Shown: positions 23,901 to 35,324 of the stretch, piece after piece
How positions within the stretch are numbered: the stretch's first letter is position 1
Layout: every line of letters starts with the position of its first letter
Assembly: GCF_964355755.1 (NCBI RefSeq)
Contig: NC_092675.1
Location: 4,955,812-5,019,811, forward strand
Direction: 5' to 3'
Length of the DNA: 64,000 nucleotides
Source: Antedon mediterranea
Lineage: Eukaryota; Animalia; Echinodermata
Made by a program: the position numbers and the translations under genes
The notes under the pieces: generated by a model
Databases searched by the model: none
Seen by the model: only the letters and a program-made list of their open reading frames with translations
Told to the model about the DNA's origin: nothing

Positions 23901-26900
23901 ACATTTTTATTTGCTCATTATAGAACCACCCCATCCATCCAACCCCTTACCTAATTCACAAATGTGCCACTATGGTATATAGTTCAACATAGTGTAAAAT
24001 AGGTATTCAGAACAAGACTTCTTTGTCTTTTTGTGGTGTGGAAAAAAGTAAATCAATTAGTCAATTGGTTTATGCAGTTAAAGGACATATTTAGAAACTG
24101 ACTTATCTTCTATAATGGTTCCCTAGAGAATAATGTTGTTGATTATCATCAACATTTCAAAACAAAGGCTTATTTTATTAAATGCATTTTGATTATGATA
24201 GAGAGTGGTACATCATATTTCAACGATTGTATGTTAAGAGCGTTCAGTGAAATGATATGGTCAACTGTAAAGAATGCTGCTGCATTACGTAAGAAAATGA
24301 AGTCTGACAAACATGCTGATACAACAAACAAGGTTTTTCTAATGAAACAACCTAAAAATTCAATCAGCTATCACCCTTTATGTCATAGGTATTACACTGC
24401 CGTGAAACAAAACAAAGTAGTGTCCTTCAGAAATCAGATGAGTGTGGCATGTTAAGGGGAACTTGCATATTTTGTGGAAAAGGCCGAAAAAATGGGAAAG
24501 AAGAGAAAAGGCTTAAGATAGCAACTGTTTCTGGGTGCAAGTCACTTTCCCAGCGGGTAAAATTTTTAAAAAACCAACGTATCAATAGTCTAATTTGGTG
24601 TGGCGTTGATCTGCCGAGTTCAGTTCTTCTAGAAACTGATAAACATGATGGTTCAACAGAAGAGCATTCATCTTATTGAAGTAACACATCTTATGGAAGT
24701 CACAAAAGGGCAATTTCATCCCTACTGAAACATATTGAATTATTATTAAGTATTGGGAAAACAACGAGCTATACTTGTCTCTGATTTGCTAAGCTTTTAC
24801 AAAATCGAATTTGTCAATAATGGAGGAAAACTGATATCAACTCATATTCGTCCCAAAATCTTACAAGGAAAATTCAATAAAAATTTAAAGATGAAATCAA
24901 AGTAAAACCTGCAGACAGACGAAGAGGTAACTTCATTTATAGATCACTTCTTCTAGGAGAAGAAGCCACTGCTCGACTTTATGATAATTCTGAACAATAT
25001 GTACAGGATAATAAAATAAAATGGGCTGCTCTTCATCTTAGATCTATAATCATGCAGCTCCCACAGACAAAGACCTGCTACAGTTCAAAACTTAAAAGAG
25101 TGTGCTGCCAAGATACCATCACAGTTAGAATTATTCTTTAGGAGTCTTCTTGGTGGCATCGACCAAAATGCCAATGATGCAAACAAAGACAAGTTTGATA
25201 GAAAGGTTATTTCCATTGCATCTGATGCCATCTATAATGTATCTCGTGGAACTGTGAAACCATGGAAACACACTGTCGTTGGTTTATGTTTTACATCTCT
25301 GACAGGATCAAAACTGGCTATGCAAATTTTGACATTGTATTAGTAGTGAAAGCAAAGGCCTTGAGACTGAGTTTGCCTATTCAGTTCAAGATGATGAACG
25401 CGACGCCCCAGATGGTATCCGGCTTGACCCAACCTTGGCAACTGCATGTGTATGGGAGAATAATGATACAAATGTAGAAACACTTGATGGTAAAGAAACT
25501 CTACACGCTACAGTTGGACATACATATCAGAATATATTGCATGACGACCAACTGCTCAATAGGAATACTATTGGATTTCGGGATGGTAGAAACAGGCGGA
25601 AATGTGTTGGAGTTGAAAGCGAAATACCACCTTTTAGGATAGGTATAAATAAAGCTTTGTTTATAAGAGTTCCAATGCCACATCAACTACAAATGTTAGA
25701 GAATGTAGTACAATCACTGACAAACCAATGGAATACCAAATACCACTGAAGGCATTGGATATGTATTGGTTTTGGAAACTGAATGATGGAGATACACCCC
25801 TACATGCTGGATTCATGAGCAAGTATATCAATAATCATTTACCAGTTCAGTGCATTTGCTACAGGGATCCTATATCAAAATCCCCAACAAACAATGATGT
25901 GGTTAGAGAGAGAAAATGATCCAGACTATGGCTATTGCCAAGGAAACTGGCCAAGACTATGCAGACAAGACTATGCAGTTGTGACATATGATTTGGCAGT
26001 AGCATTAAAAGCTTACTCCATACAAACAATACAATCCCCCCTATTTGATAAGCTTTTAGTATTACATGGCAATTTTCACACAGAGTTGGCGTTCTACGGA
26101 GCAGTTGGAACGTACATTAACGACAGCGGTATCGAATATATTCTCCAAGAAGCAGATATCTTGGCTGAGGGGTCAATGATGGGTTTCATCAAAGGAAAGT
26201 TTTACAACAGGTGCACTAGAATTCACCAATTGCTTGCCAATGTCTTGGAGCAAAAGTTGTATAAACGCTTTCTTCAAGAAATAAATGCAGAAGATCATCA
26301 CACATTTTAAGAAATAATGTCAACTGCACCTTTGGACCCATCATTGATTGAAGAACATATATCGGATCCTGTCACCTGCAGAAGTATGAGAATTACTTCC
26401 AGTCAGTGCTTACTGGAAATATAGGTTCAACAGCACAATTCTGGGCTATTTACATTTTTCTTATTAATCGACTCCATAGAGAACTTCAGAGATGTGTGAA
26501 AACAAATGATGTCACTGGCTACATTAATGTATTTCCAACCATATTATCTGTTTACTTTGCCCTGAACCGACCTAACTACGCCAGATGGGGAACTCTATTC
26601 ATACAGAAACTGAAAAACGTTGACCTAAAGTACTGGAAAAATGAGCATTTTCCATCAGACGTACAAATAAGCACTACAGTAGATCAGCTGTTGACCTTTC
26701 CTTAGAACAGACGGTCAATCGTGATTCTTCTTCAAGTATGAGAGGGATTGTTGCCTTTCCCTATTCAGAAAATGTAATGCGCCAGTGGTCATTGACTATG
26801 AGTCAACGAGCCATGGCAGTCACGGAGCTGAGAACATTTGCTGGTCTTGAATTGGGGGAAACTGCAACAGCTCAATGCCGTCCATCAAGAATAAAAAAGG

Positions 26901-29900
26901 ACACATTGACAGTGAAACGGAAGAAACAGAGATTGAAGAATCAAGTGATTCTTATGGCGATGCATAGAGTGAAGAGGAATATATGGATTAATTTAAATAA
27001 TTTGTGCAGAAAAGTCATAGCTTATTAAATAAGACTGTTTTTTGTTGTAACTAATGAAAACTACTGTAGATAGAATAAGGTACTATATAAAGTATCATAT
27101 GCTAAAATGTCGGGTGTTTGATATTTGATGTAGTTCTCATTTTAGTCATTCATGCTGTTTTTTAGTGTACTTAATTGCTCCATATATTTTGTTTTATAAG
27201 TTTAGGTTTTGAGTTGATCTAGTTCATGTTTTTTTGGGGGGGGGGGGGGGGGGGGGTGTTTAATTGGTGTCTGGCGGACACAACCCACCACTTTAAATGT
27301 CTAGCAATGGTCATTTATTATACTAGGGATCATGCTGAACATTTTACAGCATGTTTTAAAAGGTTAGCTTTTCAGCTGATCTAGCTCATTTTTGGGAGTG
27401 GGGGTGTTTGACGGGTCTGGCGGGCACAATACACCACTGAAAATGTCTGGCAATGGTCATTCATAATAGTTATGAGTACATTGAACATTCTCCCACCAGT
27501 TTTAGAGGGTTAACTTTTAAGCTGATCTAGCTCATTTTTGGCCCTCCAGAAATGGGGGTCTGGCAGGCACCCCCACCACTAAAATCGTCTGGCAATGTCC
27601 ATTCATTTTATTTCACTCTATGTCAAACAATTTGCAAAATATTTCACGGGGTTAACTTTTCAGCTGATCTAGCTCAATTTTTTGGGGGTGGGGTGTTTGA
27701 CGGGCTCTGGCGGGCACAATCCACCACTGAAAATGTCTGGCAATGGTCATTCATGATAGTTATGAGTTTATTGAAGATTTTCCCACCAGTTTCAGAGGGT
27801 TAACTTTTAAGCTGATCTAGCTCATTTTTGGCCCCCCCCCCAGAAATGGGGGTCTGGCAGGTACCCCCCACCACTAAAATCGTCTGGCGATATTCATTCA
27901 TTATATTTCACTCTATGTCAAACAATTTGCAAAATATTTCATGGGGTTAACTTTTCAGCTGATCTAGCTCAATTTTTGGGGGGTTGGGTGTTTGACGGGG
28001 TCTGGCGGGCACAATCCACCACTGAAAATGTCTGGCAATGGTCATTCATGATAATTATGAGTTTATTGAACATTTTCCCACCAGTTTCAGAGGGTTAACT
28101 TTTAAGCTGATCTAGCTCATTTTTGACCCCCCAGAAATAGGGGTCTGGCAGGCACCCCCCACCACTAAAATCGTCTGGCAATGGCCATTCCTTATATTTC
28201 ACTCTATGTCAAACAATTTGCAAAATATTTCATGGGGTTAATTTTTCAGCTGATCTAGCTCATTTTTTTTACCCTTTACAATGTCCCTCCTAGCCACACC
28301 CACCAAAAGAAACGCGCCAGACTGTCATTTCCAAACATTGATATGTACGTAGATAATTGCCACATGCATAGAAATTGGTTAACTTTCCAGCTAGGTTGAC
28401 CCCTCTGGGCTCCTGCTCTATATGTCATAAAAACAGAATAAGAAACTAAATATCGTTAGTTATTGAGTTTGTTATTGAACCTAAAAAACAATGTTAAAAT
28501 TATAGTTTCGTTACATTTTTCAGAACAAATATAAGTTCGGAAATCATCGATCTAGGGGACGAAACTTGTACCCTACACTCGGATGGTAAGTTTAAGTTGA
28601 AGCAATAAGGTAAAGTTAGACATCGCATAATTTATTACATCATTATATCCAACAAAATAGAGTTTAGAATGGTCAATTAATTTAATACCTTATTTCTAAC
28701 ACTGAAACAAAAATGTATTATTTTCTTTAAAAATTAATAAAAAAGAATTCGAATTGTATATTTTGTAAACATAAAACAACTGGCACTACTACTATTATCG
28801 TAACAGCATGGAGGTATTTTATACCTCCATGGTAACAGCGACAAATGCAGAATTAGTATTAACTATATAGGCCTACTGTAGACTAATAGTTTCAGCATAC
28901 GTTTTTAATGGAATCGGGTTAAATTTTGATATCTGTCTGTTCCCAGAGGCCATGTACAAATCTTTTGAGAGTCGTCGTGTAGCGTAACAAGTTTATACAA
29001 TTTCACCAGTAATTAGTCAAACATCCGGATACAATTACTATAGATCAATGGCAAGAAGGAGATAATAGACCTGTTAATGAGTGTGTTTGATGCATACCTG
29101 GATAGATAGGCCTATTATATTTCTGTTATACGGTAAACAGCCTACCCCTACCGTAGTGTGATTTACATTCTACTTAGGCCTAATTACGTTAGGAACGTTT
29201 GGTGCCAATTACCGGTTATGAAGGAAAACGTTATAGCAGCAACTATTGCCTTTGGCCTGTCTGTGTGCCATAGTATCAAATTTATAAGACGATTTATAAT
29301 ATAATTGACTTGACTTATGGCGAGTGGAGTCCTTGAACCACCATGGCCCTCCAAAGTTTCCTATCTGTCATAGCTGTTTCCACTTCTGCTCTATCCAAGC
29401 CAGTATCCAATGATCATCTTTCATAGACAATTTTCTAGTGACGTAATGATAATAGTTTTGAACATGCTATGCTCCTGTAAACAACAGACGGTGGTTTTTA
29501 CGTTAATTATCGCGTTTTAATGTGATTAATTTCATTTATTTTTGTCTCCATTAAAATACAATATAAAAAATCGTGGACAAACAACAAGAAAACATCACAC
29601 AAAACCAGGCAGAGACAGGATTCCTAAAAAAGCGAACCTAATCACTATCTAGTAGGTCTCCTATTGCACTGATTGTATAAAAAACATTTAGATTAAAATT
29701 TGTATAAACATTAGAAATGCATATAAATATTATATCAAAATAAATTAAAATATATTGCATTCATTGTCATGATGTGGAAAACAATGTTTGTAATATTGCG
29801 TGTCAGGAGTAACAAAACCTAACCCTAACAACTTAAATTCTGTAAAATAAGATAATACTTTTCTTTATTATAAAATTATGCACCAGTGAATTATGTACCT

Positions 29901-32900
29901 TTTTTTTTCTGAAAAATTAAGTTTTGGTAATAAATCTCTTTTTAATGCATTTCCCGATGATCACAAACTGAGTAATACATTCTTTAAATTTATGCTGAAA
30001 AAAGGAATCATAAAATACATTTAAGTCAACGTGAACGAGAAAAGAATTTTATATAGTTTAAAATAAACTGGCTGGCACTCCTTTTATTCAACGAAATAAT
30101 ACTTCAGGAAAATAGATTAATTTCTGCTTGCCACTTCCGTTTTTGGTTTTAATATTGTGCACACATCCCGGTTGTTAACAGGCGTTCTATTGTGCGTATT
30201 TACATTTTATGAAAAATCTTTCGCATTGATAACGTCAATCATGCCAGTATGTTTCATTGAAGCAACGATTGACTTCAAATTACTGTACTAGAAAATTGTC
30301 TATGAAAGATGATCACTGTTGAATAATTATTCCATCACCTGTTTAATGGCTTTTAATGCCCATAATAATGATCATATTACACTGTGTTCAAATAGACGAT
30401 TAGACTGGACTGGTGTTATGTTTATATTTTGTAACAATGCATTTCTTCTATAAAACTGTGAACTGCAATACGCAGAAACACTAATACTTGGTCTATCAGG
30501 TTTAGCTAAACTCAAATCCAACAATTGGTTACCACCAATCGTTTTTGCACGACTGACGTCCCATATTTTGCTTAACCTAAAAAATTATAATCAATCCGAC
30601 CTGGTACAGATTATTTTGCGTGCTTACAATGTCTAAACGTTGAACTGCGTTACGTGAAAATACGTATGCTTGATCTATCAGGTTTTGCTACACAAATCCA
30701 ACTACCGATCCTTGTAATGTCCTCTTGTTAAAAACTCATTTTTTTTGGATGTTACAAGATGGCGTAAAAGATACTTTTCATTCAACCTAATTTTCACGTA
30801 GGCCTATATGGAATGCATTGCCCACCGAAGAAAACTTTTTTTCTCCAAGACTCTTGATAATTTTCTATATAAAACAAATATGTATGGCCAACAGCCATTA
30901 AGTCGCGTGCTACAATGCATAGTGATACCGGACCGACAGACAGACAGACCGACAGACCGACACACAGACCGACCGACATAGTGAACTATAGATAAAAAGG
31001 CATAATTTTGACGAATTTTGGAACTTTTTCATCAAAAACGTGCGCAAATTATCCAATTCGACGTGCTCGTATGACGTAATTTTAAGTCGAAATTGTTTAA
31101 AAGTTGGTAAAATTATTAGAAAAGGCTACAAAAACCTAAATCACGAGAAAAAAGTATGTATTTAACGCTACGTGCGCACCGCGCGCGTAAAATTTGCGCG
31201 CGTATGGGAATTTTTGACATGCTCAAAATGACAAAAAACGCGTAGAAAGTTGATTAAAAATTAATTTTGCGCATTTTAAAATTTTAAATGCGCGTGCGCG
31301 CGTAACTGTGTAAAACACATTTTTTTTCAATTTAAAATGTTATTTGGTTTTTGACCTATGTTAAATAAGAGAAAATCGTTAAATCGCGCGTAAATCACGT
31401 TGCGCAACTCTAACGTCATTCACAATAGCACAATTTCACGTAAATGCCCACATGTTGACATCAAAACAGTTCAAAAAGTACAGAAAAGCAATAAAACGCA
31501 TAGTGATACCGGACCGACAGACAGACCGACAGACCGACAGACAGACCGACAGACCGATTGACATAGTGAACTATAGAGTCGCTTCCACGCGACTAAAAAG
31601 AATTATTCGACTCATGTGTTGTTGACTTAGGCTATGCCCATGACATTTTAGTAGTTCACATGTGGAAACAATATCACAATGTTTTAACCCAAGTTGAGTA
31701 CTTTCGAATGTAGACATTATAATGTCGTACCGGGGAAGAATTTCATAACTTGACGTTAATGGCATTGTGGCTAACTTATAACAAATGTTTTTACTTTCAT
31801 CAATAATATTTTTCTCTTTATATATAGACACATGCTTTTATTTTGGGAGAAACAGTGTACCATACAAACATGCTTCTCAAGAATGCTTGGAAACAGGAGG
31901 AGGGGAGTTAGCATCCATAACTAATCCACGTATATTACATTTGCTACTTGAAATGGTTAATAAACAAAACTCTAGTGATGATCCAAATTGCTTTTGGATT
32001 AATATTTCTCATTCAACATTGATTTCATTGAACGAAACTTTTTCAATTTATTTTCAATCTTATAACAATTGTGGCTCAGTAGTTGGCGAAAATGTTCAAC
32101 CACAACATACTTGTTACTTTGCAATGGCAAAACATCTAAATACCAAGTTAATATTGCGACAGATGAAGAAACAGGAAAAATGTACAACAGTCAACATGAA
32201 GGTGCTTTGTCAGGGTAGTAAGTATAAACAATTAATAAAAATGCATTACGGATTAGAACAATTTAATTATTATAATTCTAGTTGAATTTGACAGTGAGAC
32301 TTTAGGAATAATGCATCCACATATTCATAAGACAAAAATATCATAATGTAATAGTGTATACCTTTTATAAAATGTATACACGATATGTTTTGGTTATTTC
32401 AGTTCCTGATGATAGGAGTAATTGTTTTAACCAAACTGTGTTTAATGATGTTATGATAGTTTTTGTTGTCTCTCTATTTTCTCGGTATTGTCTTTCTTCT
32501 TGTCATCTAACTTCTCATTCAGTTATCGGATCACGATACAATAACGATGGTTATACAACATTTTATATGTTATTACTTTTATTATGACAGGCCCAAGAGG
32601 TCTAGCTGATACAAAATTGATCAACTCGAATGGTCCAATCACTACCATCATAATCGCTACATCCGTTGGAATGTTAGCGTCACTACTTATTGTTGGTTTA
32701 ATAATTAGGAGCCTACGCAAATCTCGAATTAATTCACATAACAGGTAAGGTTTATAATATGTACACATTCAATATGTTCCTCTAAGGCTAAAATGGGTAA
32801 AAGAATATATATGAATGCGCATTTAAACACTTGGATCGTGCTCTTTTTTGCAATAAACCATTGCTGTTCCACCCACGACCAGTTCTGATTATCTGTCTTG

Positions 32901-35324
32901 TCCATGCACTATAAATGATGTAAATTATGTGCTTTTTTCCTTTCAACACACACGATAGCATGTCAACTGAGGGTTTCGGAGAGGAGAGAGATAGAGGCAA
33001 AGAACTTATAACACAAGAATCTCCTGTTCGTCCGAAGCGCGTAACAATTTCGAAAGGCATTGTGGGATAGAATAGAGCTATGGGTGGCGCCATTGTGAGC
33101 CATGGAGTAGGGCGCCTGAATCAAATTAGAAAGTCAAAATCATAGAGGCGATCTGCTAATACTCTAGCGGGGATAGAGTAATTGACTGAGGAGTAGGGCG
33201 CGCCCGCATCAAATTAGAAAGCCAAAATCATAGAGGGGATCTGCTAATACTCTAGAGGGGGTAGAGTAATTGACTTCCTAGTTTGGAGGGGGCGCTGCTC
33301 CATGCTGTGAAATGGCGTCGCCCAGTTTGACCTTTTAACCATGTACTTCCGATACTGTGTTTTGAATGCAAATTGAAGAACAGGTCCAGATTCTTGTGTT
33401 ATAAGTTCTTTGATAGAGGCAACTGAGAGGATACCGTAATTTGTACAATGTATTTACGACTTTTGATTATAACAAAATTATTTTATTTGAAAAAAAAAAA
33501 ACATGTATTGAAGTAAATAGAGTAAAACCTTGACCTTTTAATATAAAGTAATACTTTTACATAAAATGTTATAGAGTAATCTATTCGCGGTCATAAAAGC
33601 TTAAAGGAGATTCGATTGCTAATTAACAAAGTATACAATCATTGACATAGTTTTTTTGTTTGTTGAAATTCTGTATGTTTATTTTTAATGTTAAGAATAA
33701 CCGTATGCCTAATATGCTTCATTATATATTTTGATACTCATGAGTATGTAAGCTCATATCCATGCACACATCGTCTACCATAATTAGCACACCAAATTAT
33801 CCTCTAATTATAGTATACTAAGCTATTTTCGAGCTTTGTATAACGTTCGTGTGCTTAACGTTCTATCTGAAGGATGAGTCAATACAAGGACATAGACAAC
33901 ACGGCACTGGCTTGAACTCAGATTTTCACACGAGTCTAGTCCGATGCCTTACTGTCTACACAATGAACCTAAACACGATTGTACATTAAATATCGCTTAG
34001 GATTAGAGATGCATAATAAATGAGCCAGTTATATCACATTAAAGTTTATAGCATGGAATGATATGATCATGAATATTTATTTTTTTTATTACAGAATGGA
34101 AAATGTTTCAAAATCATCTTCTGTAGAAGAAAGAAAGACCGAAGATCGTTGTAAGTAGGCCTAACATTAAAACAGATTTAATTGTATAATTAATAATAAC
34201 AAAAGTAATTGTAAGAAAGGAATGATTATGAAAACTAACCAACGACATATTCATTACTCTTCCATGAAAATACATGATTTTTTAACATAACTATATATAG
34301 TCGTTATTAACCATTTTCGAGAAAAGCCATTGTAGTTGTTTAAAATACGTGTGTTTAGAAACGGAAGAGATTACCGTTATATAACCACATTGGTAAATCG
34401 ATCTATAATTATGTACCAATTCTGAATACTGCACCTAAATAAACTTCAAACCGTACACTGTATGTAGGCCTATATAATGTAACCAATTTACTAGTTATAG
34501 GTTTAATTTGCCTCCATTATAATGAATTCATGTAAACCTAAGTCTCAGCTAATATAAAGAGAACTCTTCCAAATAGGAAAAGCATATACGAAATGAGACA
34601 ATCAAAATTGAACGGTTAAATAATAGTCATTGAGCTGGAGGTAGTCGGTGTTCAAGAACTGTTTATCTAAGTTTTTTTTCTCTCAAAAATTTCAGACATA
34701 GCAAGTGATAATGATTATGACAACGATACCAAAGGAAACGAATTTTCTGACTACGCTGAACTAGATAATGATTTCAAACCTGACCAAAGCGTTACCAACT
34801 CAGATATAAAGAATACAAAAGTAGATCGTGATGCAAATGACACAGATAGCGGACAAGATGGTGTTGCTGGTGAAGAACCTTGTTACTTTGTTTTAAACAA
34901 ACAGACATCTGAAGAGTCGCTACAGCATACGTATGAAGCATGTGGTTTTCGAGATCTTCCGTCAACATCATCGTTACCGATGACGTCAAATCCTCTTACG
35001 TTAACCCTACCTACGGGTGCGATGCGGAATGCCGACGCAACGGACGAGAATGTTTATGATTGGCCGGATCTGTTACAGCCAAGTTATAGCGCCAAATCAA
35101 GGAGAACACAAAGTGAAACTGAACCGCAGTATTTCACTTTAGAGATTGATAATGAGGACACTGAAAACATATATGACTCCGTGTTTCCCATCGAAAAACC
35201 CTTAAAGAAATCTCCAAAAACTTTCCGAACAAAGCATCTTTCACTTCCAAGAAAAAAACACAAAGCAAAACAACATAACCAAGCTAAAAGTCGTTTTATT
35301 AGTGGCGGAGTTACGCATAAATAG
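20965..35324 (+). CDS. Receptor C: type I membrane C-type-lectin-domain protein with a Tyr-motif-rich tail (~477 aa)
   Basis: Exons 20965-21107, 28524-28585, 31828-32217, 32591-32744, 34095-34150, 34696-35324 (1434 nt, in frame). Optional phase-1 micro-exons near 32403 and 32523 are uncertain. Signal peptide MLLVLIFHALVASKTVVS. Clear CTLD: CFYF..YKHASQECLETGGGELASITN..FWIN..C..C..VLCQ. TM ITTIIIATSVGMLASLLIVGLII followed by RSLRK. Tail motifs YDND, SDYAEL, YFVL, YDWP, YFTL, YDSV. Confidence 0.8.
21824..22680. repeat. 27-bp minisatellite, ~30 copies, in intron 1 of receptor C
   Basis: Unit CTGGATGCTAAACACCACCTCTACCAC-TAC-like, with occasional CAC expansions and decay toward the 3' end. Confidence 0.95.
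22928..28420 (+). mobile_element. Academ-type DNA transposon, internally deleted, with ~1-kb repeat-built TIRs
   Basis: Termini TAGACCAGGAGCCCAGAGGGGTCAACCTAGCTGG...CCAGCTAGGTTGACCCCTCTGGGCTCCTGCTCTA with a 3-bp TSD TAT (22925-27, 28421-23). TAG...CTA ends with a 3-bp TSD are characteristic of Academ. The inverted arms are made of ~146-bp subunits. Confidence 0.85.
24200..26990 (+). pseudogene. Frameshifted Academ-like DDE transposase
   Basis: Consecutive fragments in shifting frames: YHPLCHRYYT, CIFC, VWENNDTNVETLDGKETLHATVGHTYQ, VVTYDLAVALKA, LHGNFHTELAFYGAVG..SG, GKFYNRCTRIH, YFALNRPNYARW, SAVDLSLEQTVNRD, and an acidic C-terminus. Confidence 0.85.
28807..28831. mobile_element. 25-bp hairpin with 7-bp TSD (P-element-like footprint)
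   Basis: GTAACAG|CATGGAGGTATTTTATACCTCCATG|GTAACAG. Confidence 0.6.
29408..30318. mobile_element. ~910-bp non-autonomous TIR element, family unassigned
   Basis: TGATCATCTTTCATAGACAATTTTCTAGT at 29411 is exactly inverted at ~30287-30315. No clear TSD. Confidence 0.55.
30872..31598 (+). mobile_element. Helentron-associated non-autonomous element (HINE/DINE-1-like)
   Basis: (GACA/GACC)n tracts sit in a duplicated block (30917-30991, 31498-31577). 3' hairpin AGTCGC..GCGACT followed by an A run; CG-rich interior. Confidence 0.55.
33081..33325. mobile_element. Small inverted-repeat element with an internal ~87-bp tandem duplication
   Basis: GGGTGGCGCCATT..CATGGAGTAGGGCGCC versus inverted GGGCGCTGCTCCATG..AATGGCGTCGCCC. 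The block ATCAAATTAGAAAG..AGAGTAATTGACT occurs twice. Confidence 0.5.

Noticed and set aside
23250-27803. Two similar 83-88 aa ORFs on opposite strands (23250-23516, 27552-27803)
   Set aside because: They are the same sequence in the two transposon TIR arms, not genes.
32403-32548. Two possible phase-1 micro-exons in receptor C (IPDDR; IIGSRYNND)
   Set aside because: Donors are weak, the second leaves only a ~42-bp intron, and the gene is in frame without them. Left out pending RNA data.
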